From contig NW_024704745.1 of the NCBI RefSeq assembly GCF_018977255.1, forward strand, positions 46,500,001-46,564,000: DNA of 64,000 bases. Reading direction: 5' to 3'. The DNA comes from Callorhinchus milii. Lineage: Eukaryota. Position numbers and translations under genes: made by a program. The notes below the pieces were generated by a model. The model saw nothing but the letters and a program-made list of their open reading frames with translations, searched no databases and had not been told where the DNA came from. Position 1 is the stretch's first letter; each line of letters begins with the position of its first letter. Below are positions 1-13,594 of this stretch, piece after piece.

Positions 1-2784
1 TACTAATAACAATAAAAATAATAATATTTTTAATATAAAAACTACAGCAAATCCTTTATCCCAATTATTGAATCTTATATACCTTTTGTGTTTATTGGGC
101 ATGGCAGATCATCTGAGAGATACAATATGCACAATCATAGCAAGTCTTCGAAGGACATGTAAGTAAAAATAACCACTTTTGAAAATTGTTAATGCTGAAA
201 GATTATTGTTCATTATGAAGTGTTATTGCATAGAAGAGCAATGTAAGAGGGAGCAGCAGAGAAGTGAAATTTCAGAACTTTAAATGGACATTCTAGCCTG
301 GAAAGTTAAATCTAGCAGTGTTTTGATACAATATCTGGTGAAATAAATAAAATTATTTCAAGTCCATATCTAAGAGAAGCCATTTTAAAAGAAAATTGGC
401 AACTACAAAAGAACATTCAGCGTTCAGTTTTTTTGTTGTGCTTGTGTAATAATAATAATAAATATAGCAATAATAATCCATGCTTTCGCATTCAGAGGAG
501 ATCTCAAAGCGTTTGACAGAATACATTGTAAAGTGTAGTGACTGCGTATTTGAAGGCTAATCTGGCAGCCCATTTGTGCACACCCAATGTCCCACAAATA
601 GCCGTGACGTGAATACCCTTCTTATGTTTAACACAGTAGTGACTTAGTGGGTGCAGTCTTTCTACATTACTGTACAGAAACAAACTTACGCGATTTTTCC
701 TTCACACTCTTTCTGAAAAACAGGGATAAAAAGAATGAATGTAGCTCAGATTATGTAAAACAAACTAAATACAATAAATGCTTTTCTTGTTCATATAATC
801 ATCAATGTTATCTAATTCAAAAGATAGCTCATGTCAGAGAAACAATAATCTAGAGTTTTTGATATGCTGAACAGCAAGTTCAAAAATTTAAACAAGTCAA
901 ACATAATAATAAGCCAACTGAAAGTTGAAACAAACACTCTGAACTCTATTCCCATACTTTTTTTCTTTTCAGGGCTAGATCTATTAATAATAATCATCCT
1001 TGAATTTGATATAGCACCATTCATGTTTGGAGGATGTCCCAAAATGATTCCCAGGATATAACTGTGAAGTGGATTGACTGTGTTTTGTGGGTGATAGCGG
1101 CAGCAATTTTTCACACAGAATTGTTTCATAAACCATGAAATAAATGATCAATTTTATTTGGAAGACTGTTGGTCAAGACACCGTGAGAAACTCTCTTCTC
1201 TTGTTGAATAGTGCCATGGGTTCTTTAATGTCCACCTGAACAAACAAACATGACCTCGGTTTAACATCTGACGACACCTCCAACAATGCAGTGCTCCCCA
1301 GCAGTGCTCCCCAGTGTTGGATGACACTCAGTGTCATCATAGACATTATAACAAAAATCCATGCTCTCCCAGCCCATAATGTGCTATTTCCTGATCCTGA
1401 TCAGGATCAAGAATTCCAGCTATGGCCAAGGCTACAATTTCAAATCACAAATGTACTACATCAACAGTAAAAAAAAAGTGGTCAGAAAATGGTCAGAAAA
1501 TGTAATTAAACAGGCATATGAAAGAGAGGGGCTTGAAAGGGTATGGGGTTAAGGCAGGGCAGTGGGATTGAAGCCATATCCTTGCTCTGTGAGCCAGCAC
1601 AGCTTGATAGGCCAAATGACCTCCTTCTGCACTATAGAATTCTATGTTTCTAACTGTGTTTAGTTTTGTACGAAAAGTCTCAAAATGCTGTGATAATACA
1701 CTTTACTATATGCCAGTGCTTCTAAAGGAATACCGCAAATTTCACCCCTATGAGTCCTATGGTTGAAAGGGCTGTATCATAAGTAGAGCTGGGGATCTGA
1801 TACACAAATCGGCAAACCAAGATGTGGGAAACTCAAATCGCAAGATTGGTTTGGATGAAGACAGCCCATAAAATCTATAAACTCACCAATGTTCCCCCAA
1901 AAAGGAATTGTGTCTGGACAAGTCTACATGGTCTAAATGGTAAAAGTCAACCAGTAGCACTTTGGTTCAAAGAGATTTGTATCATTAGAGATTTGAGATG
2001 TCTCAAGATGAAAGGTGCTATATAAATGTAAATTTTCATTGTTGTTCATGGTTGTCAGCTTGAGTGCATCAGATAGATAGCAGATGAATGTATATAGTTA
2101 ATATTCTGCATATTTAGAAATTAAAATTTACTTTTCCAAGTCAACGAGCCAAAAGGGTAAAGCTACTAAAAACGGAGCTGAGCAGTCAACTGCAATAAAG
2201 CAGCTGTGATGGCAGAAGTGAAAACAAGATTTCAGGAGGCCAAAATTACTTGGTGGTCATGCAAATCGGGGAAAGCAGTGTGTGTGATTTAATGAAAATA
2301 TTTGATGAGTGGGTTTTCCAGGGTAATTTCAAAAATGTTAGTGTTTATTTTTGACAGGTATATTAATTAAAGTACAAAAATAATACCATTGCATCAAACA
2401 CAACTGGCTGATAACTAGTTTCACTGCATGTCTGAAATGTATCTAAATGGAATTGGATGAGAGATAATTGTCATGGCTGCAAGAGGCCAATTCAAATAAA
2501 AGGCCAGAATCAGCGAACGGCACTGGAGTAAGGTGTCCTGGATCTACAAGTGTCTCTCTTCCATCGTTCTGGATGGGCTTTAAGGGAATCCAATGATAAA
2601 GAGTACATGATTATTTTCCCTGGTAAATAGTAGAATGTGAGCAGGATTTGACAATGATAACCAATAGTATTAGAGAAGCTGCCGTGGCAATTTTTGGTGT
2701 ACTTGCTTCTTAGAACTAAAAGGAAAACATCCTATGTATCAAATATATTTCTTTGATTGGGATATCTCAAAACGTTTTGTTCAT

Positions 2785-3938
2785 AGGGCTCCTTCTGCCT
2801 CCTTATCCTCCTGGACCTCTCCGCCGCGTTCGACAGTCAACCACGCAATCCTCCTCCACCGCCTCTCCTCCCTTATCCACCTTAATGGGACTGCTAGCCT
2901 GGTACAAGTCCTACCTTACAAACCGCCATCACTTTGTCTCTTCCAACGGTTTTTCTTCCCGCCCTCACCCAGTCACCTGTGGTGTACCCCAAGGCTCCAT
3001 CCTTGGCCTCCTCCTTTTCCTCATCTGTATGCTCCCTCTTGGTATGTCATCCACAGACATGGGGTAAACTTCTACATGTATGTGAATGACACACAAATCT
3101 ACTTCTCTTCCCCAAGTTGCGACTCCAGGTCCGCCAATATTCTCTCAGCTTGTCTGGCAGACATCAGGACTGGAGGAACAAAAACTTCCTATAACTCAAT
3201 GCTGACAAAACAGAAGCCATACTCATTGGCTCCGGTCAACATCTTCTATCCTGCGGCTCTGACCTCCTCAACCTCCCCAGCCTATCCGTCAGACTTCCCG
3301 AACCAGTGCGCAACCTTGGTGTCAGGTTCGACCCTCAGCTGTCCTTCCTTTCCCACATCCGGTCCCTGACCAGGACCACCTTCCTCCATCTCCACCACAT
3401 TGCCTGCCTCCGACCATACCTTACCCCAGACACAGATGAAACACTCGTTGATGTGTTTGCCACCTCCCTACTGGACTTCTCAAATGCCCTCTTTGCCGAT
3501 CTCCCCAGCTCCACCATGGGAAGATCCAGCTTATCCAAAACTCTGCCGCTCGCATGCTTACCCGTACTGAACTCCGTACCCCCATCACACCAGTTCTCGT
3601 CAAGCTCCACTGCCTCCCCATCACCAAACAGGTTGATTTCAAGATCCTCACACTTGTTTTCAAATCCCTTCATGCCCTGGCACCTCCATACTGCATATCC
3701 CCCATGCCCTCTGTTCCTCCATTGGTGGCCGCACCTTCAGCCACTAGGCCCAAAAACTCTGGAACACTCTTCCTCTATCCCTCCACCTTGCCCCTTTCTT
3801 CTCCATTTTCAGGTTGCGCCTGAAGACCCTCCTATTCGACTATGCCTATGCTCACCGCCCCCTGGCTCAGAGTTGTGCTCCGCCAATGTCAACTCTTGGG
3901 CAGTGTGAGTGGAGCTATGTAAATGCAAGTTGTTGTTG
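2785..3938 (+). mobile_element. L2-clade LINE, 5'-truncated, decayed
   Basis: RT motifs [18 protein letters not shown] and YVNDTQ across frameshifts; (TTG)n tail. Confidence 0.9.
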
Positions 3939-6933
3939 ATAGTGAAAGGCAAATGGTCTTTTTTTTAAAAAACGATGCCATCCTGCATTTACATAGCACA
4001 CTTTATCTAGGCTTTGGTGCTAAACAGTAATGTTAAACACTTTGGGACATCCTCCCAATGAGAAAGGCGCTTTATGAATGTAAATGGTGTTCTGCAACAT
4101 TTCGGAGCATTTCACAGTAGCGAGGTCAGAAGCGCAGCAAAAGAGAAGTGCAAAAGTAAATTGAAGTTTCATCCACATACATGGAAAGTTATTCACATGA
4201 TTGTGAATGATGTACCACGTAGAAGCATGTGGACAAGGAAAAGGTGGGGGCTGAGGATAGAGCTTTCAGGCAGGCCACACATTATTTGTGAATAATTACA
4301 GTTATAATTATTTTTCTCTTTGTTGCTTCATTCTTTACAACTGAAACTATATGTAGGGGTTGGTTATTTATTCTGGAAAATCTAAGACTGATGATTGGAA
4401 AATTTAAAATTCTAAGATTGATGATTATGCTCTAAGAGATTATTGATATTCCAAACTTCTAAAGAAGACTGTGAGTTCAAACCCTGGTTTTCAACTAGGA
4501 TTACATTTTCACTCGAACCCTGGTTTTCAACTGTCCAATCTGCGTCCTGAACTGCCATTTGAACCTTTGGGAACTCAATGCACACTGTACCAGCTCCAAA
4601 AATAGCCAACTTTGGATGCAGCTGGAGGGAGTTGCCTGCTCAAAATGCAATGTGGCTACTGTAGATTTCAGTAAACTGAATCGAGACAACTGGGGACAAG
4701 TATTGCAATCTACTCCAGAGTAATTCTGGAAAACATTTCAGCACCTTGGGATGTCCTCCGACGTAAAAGGGGCTAAACAAATATAATGTGTTGTTGTTGT
4801 CATTCATACTGTTTGTGGATATTGCTGTCTGCATCTTGGCTGCCACGTATACACACTTTATATAACTTTGTAGTAAATTCAAGGAAGTGCTTTTGAATGA
4901 TTCCAAAGATGTGAGAAGGCACTGTATGAAGTGCAAGTATTATTATTCTCTTCACAGTTAACATTTGTATCAAACTGAGTACGATAGATGAGCCAGAGGA
5001 AAGTCTAAAGTAAAAATGAATAGTGTAACCAGAAATGGTACAATAATAATAATCTTTACATTTTGTATAGCGCCATTCACGTCCGGAGGATATACTGTAA
5101 AGTGTCGTGACTGTATTTGTAGAGGAACACAGCAGCCAATTTGAGCACACCAATCACCCACAAACAGCGATGAATGTAAATTTTATTGGCAACATTTCAG
5201 AGCACTTCATAGTGGCGAGGTTGGATGTGGAGCAAGGGAGAAGTGCAAAAGTAAATTTGCCATGAGGTGAATGACCAATTTTTATTAGGCAATAGTTAGA
5301 CAGGACCCCGGGGGAATTTCCTTCACTTTTCAAATAGCCCTAACAATGAACAAAATAAAAATAATCTCAAATTGAAATAATATATGCATCCAGTTGATTT
5401 TTATGTATTAAAATAAAAACACAATATATCAACTCAGCATATGGAGGCCCCTATGGAGAATGCTCAACAAAACCAAAATAGATTAATTCATAATTGCAAA
5501 ACTAACAATGGGACAAAGGGTTTTTCATCACTTTCAATAAACAAGTAATCTATTTCCCAAGTTCATTGAAATCTTTTTTCCACATCTACCTTGCGTTTTT
5601 TACTGAAACTCATAGTTCTATAGTTTTAGAATTGCAATATATGCAACATCTTTATAAAATACTCCTCTCTTCCCATCGCTTTCCCCGCTGTCATTCACGA
5701 GATTGTACGAGGCACAAGGCAGCACAGAGAATGACAAGAAGAGGGGCAGAGCGGGAGGTATGAGTCAAACCCACCACTCATCCCCTCTTCCCGTCACTTT
5801 GAAAGTGCAGAGACCATGCTGCCAGGAGGTAAAACAATGATGTTGGATCATGGGCAGGATAAAATCATTTCCAGGCCAGATGCAGCCCATGGACTGCCAG
5901 TTGGATCACCCTGGCCTAGAGTATATCAATTCCAGGTGCCGTCATGGGTTTGAATTCACAGCCTTGTGACTCAGAGGTGAGAGTGCTCACACCTGAGCCA
6001 GATTGACACACAAATAGCTGAAGAAAGCAGCTGTAACATCACACTGCCAAAGATGCTCACAAGTAAAGCATAACAAAGCAAGATGATGTTGAGGGAACAA
6101 CAAACATCTGGACATTGAGTCAGTGTGAAACAATTTGGGCTTGTGTAAGTGAATGACTATATTTGGAAGAAGGCCCTTCAGCCCATTGTTCTGCAGTGGT
6201 CAGAAAGCAGCAATTCAGAACCCAAAGAGGTTCTGAACCAGCTCCCCTATCTTTAGCACAATGACAGGGCCTGGATTATGTACAAGACAAGAGTGCTAAT
6301 ATTACAGAGGGGCATTGTTTATGGAAAGCTGCTGTGCTCTGAAGAAATTGGATAAAACATGATGGTTATATATTTTGGGTGTGTTTTCTTCAAGAAACAT
6401 TTCAAATTATCTGCACAGATAGCAGTGATAGCCCATACAGCACACAGTTACAGGATGTACGATACTTTATGCCTAAACAGTCAAAAACCACTTCAGCATG
6501 ATGTGCTTGCTCTTGAAGTGTAGGAAGTTCCGTAGCTCTTAACCACACCAGCAACAGACAAAGAGACATTGCTATGTACCATGCAGAGGGACCGAAAAAC
6601 GTTCAAAATGTTCCACCTCAAAACACAGTGCAAGGTGCAATCCAACCGTCCCAAAGCCCATCTGAAATAATCCACGATTTGACCGCCCACTCAATCCAGA
6701 TTCAGAATTCATACATATGAACCCAGATGTTACAATGTTCCATCCGTCCCGGAGTCACACTGTCTCACCTCCCTCCTCACCTTTAAAGCCTGTGTTAAGA
6801 CATATCTATCTTTCACAGCTTTAGGAATAGCTGGAATAATGTGATGTTTTATTCACCAATTATCAAATCCATTATGAAACATTGCATGTTTTACCCCATT
6901 GTCTCTTTCACACTCTTAATTAAAATCCTTATA

Positions 6934-7267
6934 TAATAATCCTTGCATTTGATATAGCTCCTTAACGCTTCTTCAAGACATCTCAAAGCGCTTCACAGAA
7001 TGTAATGTAAACTAGATTGGCTGTGTTTTTGTGGGTGATACGCGGCAGCCAATTCTGCACAGCAGTGTCCCACAAACAGTTGATTCCCAAACAGGGTTCG
7101 ATTCCCGACAGGGTGAAACGTTAGGCAAGTTTCCTTACTCCACATGTCTCTGTTTACCTAGGAGTAAGTAGGAACCTGGTTGTTAGTCGATTAGCAGATC
7201 ACATTTCCGGGGATAATAATCCTTTAAAAACATTACAATAATTTGGTCACTCAGTTCCACGACTGTT
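6934..7267 (-). mobile_element. SINE with 5' inversion
   Basis: 3' half on - (6934-7080), 5' half on + (7093-7267). Confidence 0.8.
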
Positions 7268-7954
7268 GACATTTCATGACATCTGAGATGTACAGCTGGC
7301 ATCTGCGCAGTCGATAGAATGTAACAGAAGTAAAACAGATTATGCCAGTTAATGCTAAATGAAGACAATATAATTTGTACCCATAATAGTCTTTTCTTAC
7401 TGCACAGTACTACTTTGACAATTTTTCCTTAGTTTATTATTTTACCTAGTTCCTGACATATATTCATTGTAAAATAGCATATTGAAAGTAAACGCCATGG
7501 AAATGCTTTATGCAAAAAGGTGCTCTGTGTAATCTGATACCCAGTGTCTCACAGAAGTGCAATAAATGAGTAACCTGAAGGTATGAGGCAGAGAAACATA
7601 TGGCAAACAGCCAAATTTTCATGCAGAAGTTGACTATTGGCCCACTTATTCCACCTAAACAATTTCCCAACGCATTCCCTGAATCTATTTCTAAACTGAA
7701 TAACCCAACAATAATAATAATCCAAACATTTGATATTGCACCTTTCATGTTCGGAGGACATTTTAAAACACTTCACAGGAAATATCGCAAAGTGACTGTA
7801 TTTTTCAGACAAACACTGAATCATTTTCGTTTTCAGGAACTAATGTAGTTCGTTTCAGAAACATATTGTGGTTTCTTTTTCCACCATGTGTGCCAATAGT
7901 GTGTCTTCCTCTAAATAAATTCCTATTGCATTTCCTGATCTCTTGTCATCTCTT

Positions 7955-8266
7955 GTGGAGTCCTGTAGCTCAGTGGTTAGAGCACTCGCTTTGCAAGTGA
8001 GAGACCTGAGTTCAATTCCAGGCAGGGAAACCTTGGGCAAGTTTCCTTACTCCACACGCCTAATAATAATCCCTCCAAAACAAAACAATAATAAATTGTT
8101 CATTTTCAATCTACGACTGTTTGTGGGACATTGCTGTGCGCAATTGGCTGCCGCGTTCGCCCACAAATATACAGTCAATTCATTTTACAGTATATTCTGT
8201 GAAGCGCTTTGGGACGTCCTCCCGACGTGAAAAGCGCTATATCAAATGCAAGGATTATTATTATTA
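7955..8266 (+). mobile_element. Young short-form tRNA-Ala-derived DeuSINE, full length
   Basis: A box TAGCTCAGTGG, TGC anticodon stem-loop, B box GTTCAATTCC, Deu-type core tgtgggacattgctgtgcgcaattggctgccgcg, L2-type tail, (TTA)n. Confidence 0.92.
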
Positions 8267-8668
8267 TCCTTATTTTATATGATCTTTTACTCTTGAGTTT
8301 TGTACAAAAATAGCAGAAAAAAAGAAGCAAAGGCAGAATTAAATAGGTGAACAATGTGACAGTATAGCATGATAGATTACAGTAAAACTCACATAAGTCG
8401 TATCAGTTGGGACCATATCATTTAAAATGACTTACGCAAAGTCCGAGTTACAGGCAAATTTGCATAAATCAGATAAAATCCAATTTAATCAACAATCTAC
8501 ACTGCACATTTTAATTCAATGCAGCCTTTAAGTGGACATGCGATGATGGGTCAATACTACGTTTTGTGCAATTCAATGCATCTTGATCCATTGCCACATG
8601 CGTGCTTACTGGCAAGCATTGGAATCATATTGAATCGCAGGAAATTAAGTTCTTCTGCACACGTGGAG

Positions 8669-9046
8669 ATAATAATAATAATAATCCTTGCATTTGATAT
8701 AGTGCTTATCACGTCTTCTAGATGTCTCAAAGCGCTTCACAGAATATGCTATAAAGTGAATTGACTATATTTGTGGGAGAAACAGAGCAGCCAATTGCGC
8801 ACAGCAGTGCCCCACAAATGTCATGGATTGAGTGACCAAGTTATTATTGTTTTTTTTATTTGAGGGGATTATTATCCCCGGAAAAGCAATCCATCAATCG
8901 ACTAACAACTGGGTTCCTACTTATTACTAAGTAAACAGAGATGTGTGGAGTAAGGAAACTTGCCCAACATTTTACCCTGCTGGGAATCGAACCCAGGTCT
9001 CTCGCTTATGAGGCGAGTGCTCTAATCACTGAGCTACAGGACTCCA
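8669..9046 (-). mobile_element. Long-form DeuSINE
   Basis: Head, extra ~70-bp segment, core and older tail. Confidence 0.88.
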
Positions 9047-10076
9047 GATGGGACAAGACTACTTTTCCTGCGATTGGCATGTGCATCCGTCGACTGGTCA
9101 GCACGTCATTCAATTCAGCAGGTAAATGCAGGAGTAAAGCAGGATAGGGAAGTGGTGTTATGAGCTAGGAAATGATGAACATGACAAGTGTAAAGAAATC
9201 TAAATGGTTTTGATAGGAAACTCACTGGGATTCAGGTGCATGAATGACAGACGAATATATGATTTATAAAGATAAGATTTTGCAAGGTTTACCTTATGAA
9301 TGAAATAATCCAACACTGGATTAAAATATTTTGAAACTGGAGTTCTGTACTTTTCACAGTATACACACAGTGTGTACAAATGAAGAATAATATAAATGAA
9401 AAAGTTGGCTTATTTTTAAGTACTGAAACCTAATACAGATGAACCTTGTTTGATTATACCCCCTTACCAATGGTTTAAAGGCCTAAATACCCTTTTCAAA
9501 TTTTGGCAGCAGACAATTTTTTTTCAGTAATAATAACAGAAATATTTTTTGCTTTAATGATTTTGTATAATAATGAATATAATACACAGCAATGAATTGA
9601 TGACGAATTTTATCTGGGGGATTGTTGGCCAATAAAATTGGATGGAACCATGAAATTGAAATTGATCAAAATTGTATTTTTTCTTGGTCTACAATGAGGG
9701 GGATTGAAAATAGTTTAAAGCCTCAGTATTTCTTTGAAAAGTTACACTTACAATTACATTTTCTCTCATCATGACTATCCTCGAGATTGCATGTCTGCAC
9801 ATGTAGGGAAGTGTCAAGTTAGTAAAAAAAAATGCTTAATAAAATTCACAGAATTTCCGTCTTCTGTGGAGTTGCTGACACAGGCTACATAAATTTAAAC
9901 TGAAACTGTCTTAGAAACATTGCCAGAACCATCGCCAAAGAAAATGGGGATATCTGAGATACAACAACAAAACTGAGGAGGTTTGCAAGGATGGCATTTT
10001 CTTTACTTTTTTTAAAAAAAGGACTCACTTAAAAGTTATTTCTGTGTATAAATGCAAGCAACTTTTGGGGTGTTTT

Positions 10077-10439
10077 AATAATAATAATAAATAATCCTTG
10101 CATTTGATATAGCGCCTTATCTCACCTTCCAGACGTCTCAAATCACTAAAGTAAATTGACTATATATTTTGTGGGCGAAACGCGGGAGCCAAATGCGCAC
10201 AGCAGTGTCCCATAAACAGTCAGGGATTAAGTGACCAAATTATTATTATTATTATTTCTTTGAAGGTATTATTATCCCTGGAACAGCAATCCGCCAATTG
10301 ACTAACAACTATATTCCTACTTACTGCTTGGTAAACAGGCGTGTGGAGTAAGGAAACGTTTCGCCCTGGCCAGGTATCAAATCCAAGTCCTCTCACTTGC
10401 GAGGTGAGTGTTATAACCAATAAGCTACAGGACTCCACA
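10077..10439 (-). mobile_element. Long-form DeuSINE
   Basis: Same architecture as 8669-9046. Confidence 0.85.
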
Positions 10440-13400
10440 TTTTGTGCCACGTTTTGTACATATTTTAAGAATTATTTACCATCCAAAGAAACAGTGAAGA
10501 TTTAAACTTAATAAATAATAAATAGGCTGATTCTTGCCTTGTAAAACAGTAACATTTTCCAAGTTAAGTAAAAATATAGCCTGAAGTGACTAAGAAATTA
10601 AGCATATAATCAAGCTTTTCATTTTAAATGACCACAATCCATTAATAATTCCGACACAACTTACTTGCTTATTTTCTTGAAAGAATTTCCCATAGTGCAA
10701 GTCAGTTAGTCAGCCGTGGCACCTGCAGAGTGAAACTCTGCCTCACACAATCCACAAGTGCTACAGTGGCTCATCAAGCGGAAGGAGAAAAAACCCACTA
10801 TGTGTTTAATCAAGATAATATTGGCATTTCCTATTTACTGCTAATTTGGTTAGCTCCAACCAATGTTGCCAGATTGGGCGGGTTCATGCCCAATTGGATG
10901 AATTTTTATTGCACATAGTGTGAATAAAGGAGCTTTACGAAGGACAGGACATTGGATGCTGAGCAAAGGGGAAGAGACAGGAAGCTATTAGCACATTGGA
11001 AGAGATGGGTTTCAGAGGTTAGTGGCCTAGGATCTGAAAGCTCAGCCACGAATGATGGTGTCAAGAGGATGGAGGACATATAAGCCTGAAATTAGCCAAG
11101 CTGATGGGATGGGTGTAGGTGTAGGGTAGAAACAATATTTTCAGATGGACCAAGACGTCCCATCTTGTTAAACCAAAGTCCCAACTGTCTGTTCAAATGA
11201 ATGTTAAAGATCCCATGGCGCTATTCAAAAAGAGAAAGGAGTTTCTCATGGTGTCCTGGCCAATAATCTGCCAAATAAAAAAAAATTGTCACTCATTCCA
11301 TGGCTGTTTGTGGGATATTACTGTGTTGTATTTGCCTACAGAATACGCAGTCACTCCATTTCACAGTAAATCCTGTGAAGCCCTTTGAGACATCCTTCCA
11401 ACGTGATAAGGCGCTATACCAAATGCAATGGAAAAAAGAGACAATAGACCAAGAGAACATAGGTTTAGATTTGCAAAGGGCAATTTCAGACAGACACCAG
11501 GAAGTATTTATTTACCTAGAGAGTAATTAATGACTGGAACAGATTACCAGAAAGGATGGGTGAAGCCAGAACACTGGACCCATTTAAAAAAAATAGCTTG
11601 TTGCTGTGATGGGATGATGGTAGAGAGGGTACTTTGAAGGGATGAGATCAAATGGGCTGAAGGGCCTTCTTTATCCGAATCAATCTTATGAACTAAACAG
11701 ATCTTGCATGCTATATAAAATCAAAGAAACCTAACGTATCCTGTTCTCTCTGTACTGTAGATTTGTTGAAGTGGCATTCAAGTTCCCTGGAAAAGTTGAC
11801 AGCCTCAGACATATTTAGTCCCTGGTCATAGTGTCTTTATTGTACTAATGTTTAAATGTGTTATAAACCCCGGAAAGTTATATTTCACATGCACCAATGT
11901 AAGATTCTGTAATAAATGTGTTAAATAATATCTCAAATTATATTTGTGATTTTGTATCGACATATGATCAATCTCAAACAGATAGAAAAACATGAATATG
12001 TGTGCCATCGTGTGGCTATGATGTGGTACTGCATGCACAGCCATTTTGTGCCCATTTTTTAATTAAAAAAATCCCAGCTTTTAAGTTTCAGTTTCTCTCA
12101 TGAATAATTGAGCCATGCATACCCGGAAGTCCCTGGTATTGATCTACAATTATTTAGGATTCACCAAGATAGTAGGTTAAGAGGGCAAAGATTTAAAGTT
12201 GCAAAGGGCAATTTTAGGAGAGAAGTTTTTGTTTACCTAGAGGGTAATTAATGACTGGACAGGTTTCCAGGACGGATGGTTGTTGCCAGGACGCTTGAAT
12301 CATTTAAAAAGAAACAGCTTAATGCTGTGATGATAGGGAGTGTATTCTCAAAGGATGAGATCAGATGAGCTGAAGAGCCTTCTTCATCCAAATTGATCTT
12401 GTGCAATGAATTTGCTTATATCAGCCATAGTGGTAGTTGGTGTAAAAATTGGGAAAAACATTTCACAAGACAAATAAGCATAATAGGGTAGATAGGATAA
12501 AACAATGTTGCTTAGTTGGGAGAGGTTCATTTGATCCCATGCAATCCTTCAATTACACCACAAAGCTATTTCTTAAATGAGTTTAGCCTCCTGGCCTCAA
12601 CAACCTGAAATTGGCATTCACAACCTTGAACTGGTACTGTCTCATTCTGATGTCTTCTGGGTTTACTTTCTGATGGAATTTCAGGGGTAACTGACTCCCT
12701 CATAATGTCAGACAGTACTGCATAAATCTTGAACTATATAAATTTAAATGTGTCATCTCATTGCCAAGTAGCTTTTTGAGACACGGTCCCTTGATGTTCA
12801 GTGGTTAGTGTGCAATTTCACTGAATATCTAATGCAGTAATTAACTTCACACTTAACATGACATGGCCCTAATCAAAATCTTTTTTTAAAAAATCACACA
12901 CATAGTTCATGATCTCCTTTTTTAATTTTAATGGTTCCTCAAAAAGAAGGTAGAGATGTTTTGACTGCTCTCAAATATGGACCCAAGTTAGAAAACATGA
13001 AAGAAAAGCGTGATTTTGATCACACATATTATTGTTTTTTTCCACCTACTCTTGCCACTGACAATACCACTACTTTATTTCTACGAAGTATATTTTACCC
13101 AAATATCTACATAAGAGTTTTTTTTTAAAAAATGTAAGAAAGTATTAAATGAGAAAAGGCAATTACATCCATCAAGGCTATTCCTTTCACAGTCACACAG
13201 AACCAACTTCATTCCACCCACTCTTTCACCTGGTGGAAAGTATTGTACAGATGAGCACTTAACATCTTTCCTAAGGATAAATTTTACAATATTCATCTAT
13301 TCCCACATCTCAACTATGCATTCAGGGCCTCCCTTCTTGAAATACAACAAAAACAACAAAATTACATTTATAGAGCGCCTTTCACTTTGGGAGGACATCC

Positions 13401-13594
13401 CAAAGCGCTGAAATGATAGATAATCAAATGAAAACCAGACACATCAACATTGCACATCTTCATGTAGGTCAAGAGGATTTTTTACATAAGATATATATTA
13501 ATAATAAGAGTTTTAAGGAGGTGGAGGGAGTGTTCACAATTTTCCTTTCCACAGAATTTTGGAAAATTATACGCTGTTGTATCTTTCACAGGTA

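Noticed and set aside
108-158. Possible 51-nt exon on + (ggcag| ... |gtaagt)
   Set aside because: No recognisable protein and no partner exons found; such signals arise by chance in AT-rich DNA
690-712. Possible 23-nt micro-exon on - with a strong acceptor and gtaagt donor
   Set aside because: Cannot be linked to any gene within the window; needs RNA-seq
7955-8030. tRNA-like heads (A/B boxes, TGC/CGC anticodon arm) here and at ~19620, 21955, 24500, 26468, 44730, 60211 and 63507
   Set aside because: Each continues into the SINE body and tail and lacks a proper acceptor stem; these are SINE heads, not tRNA genes
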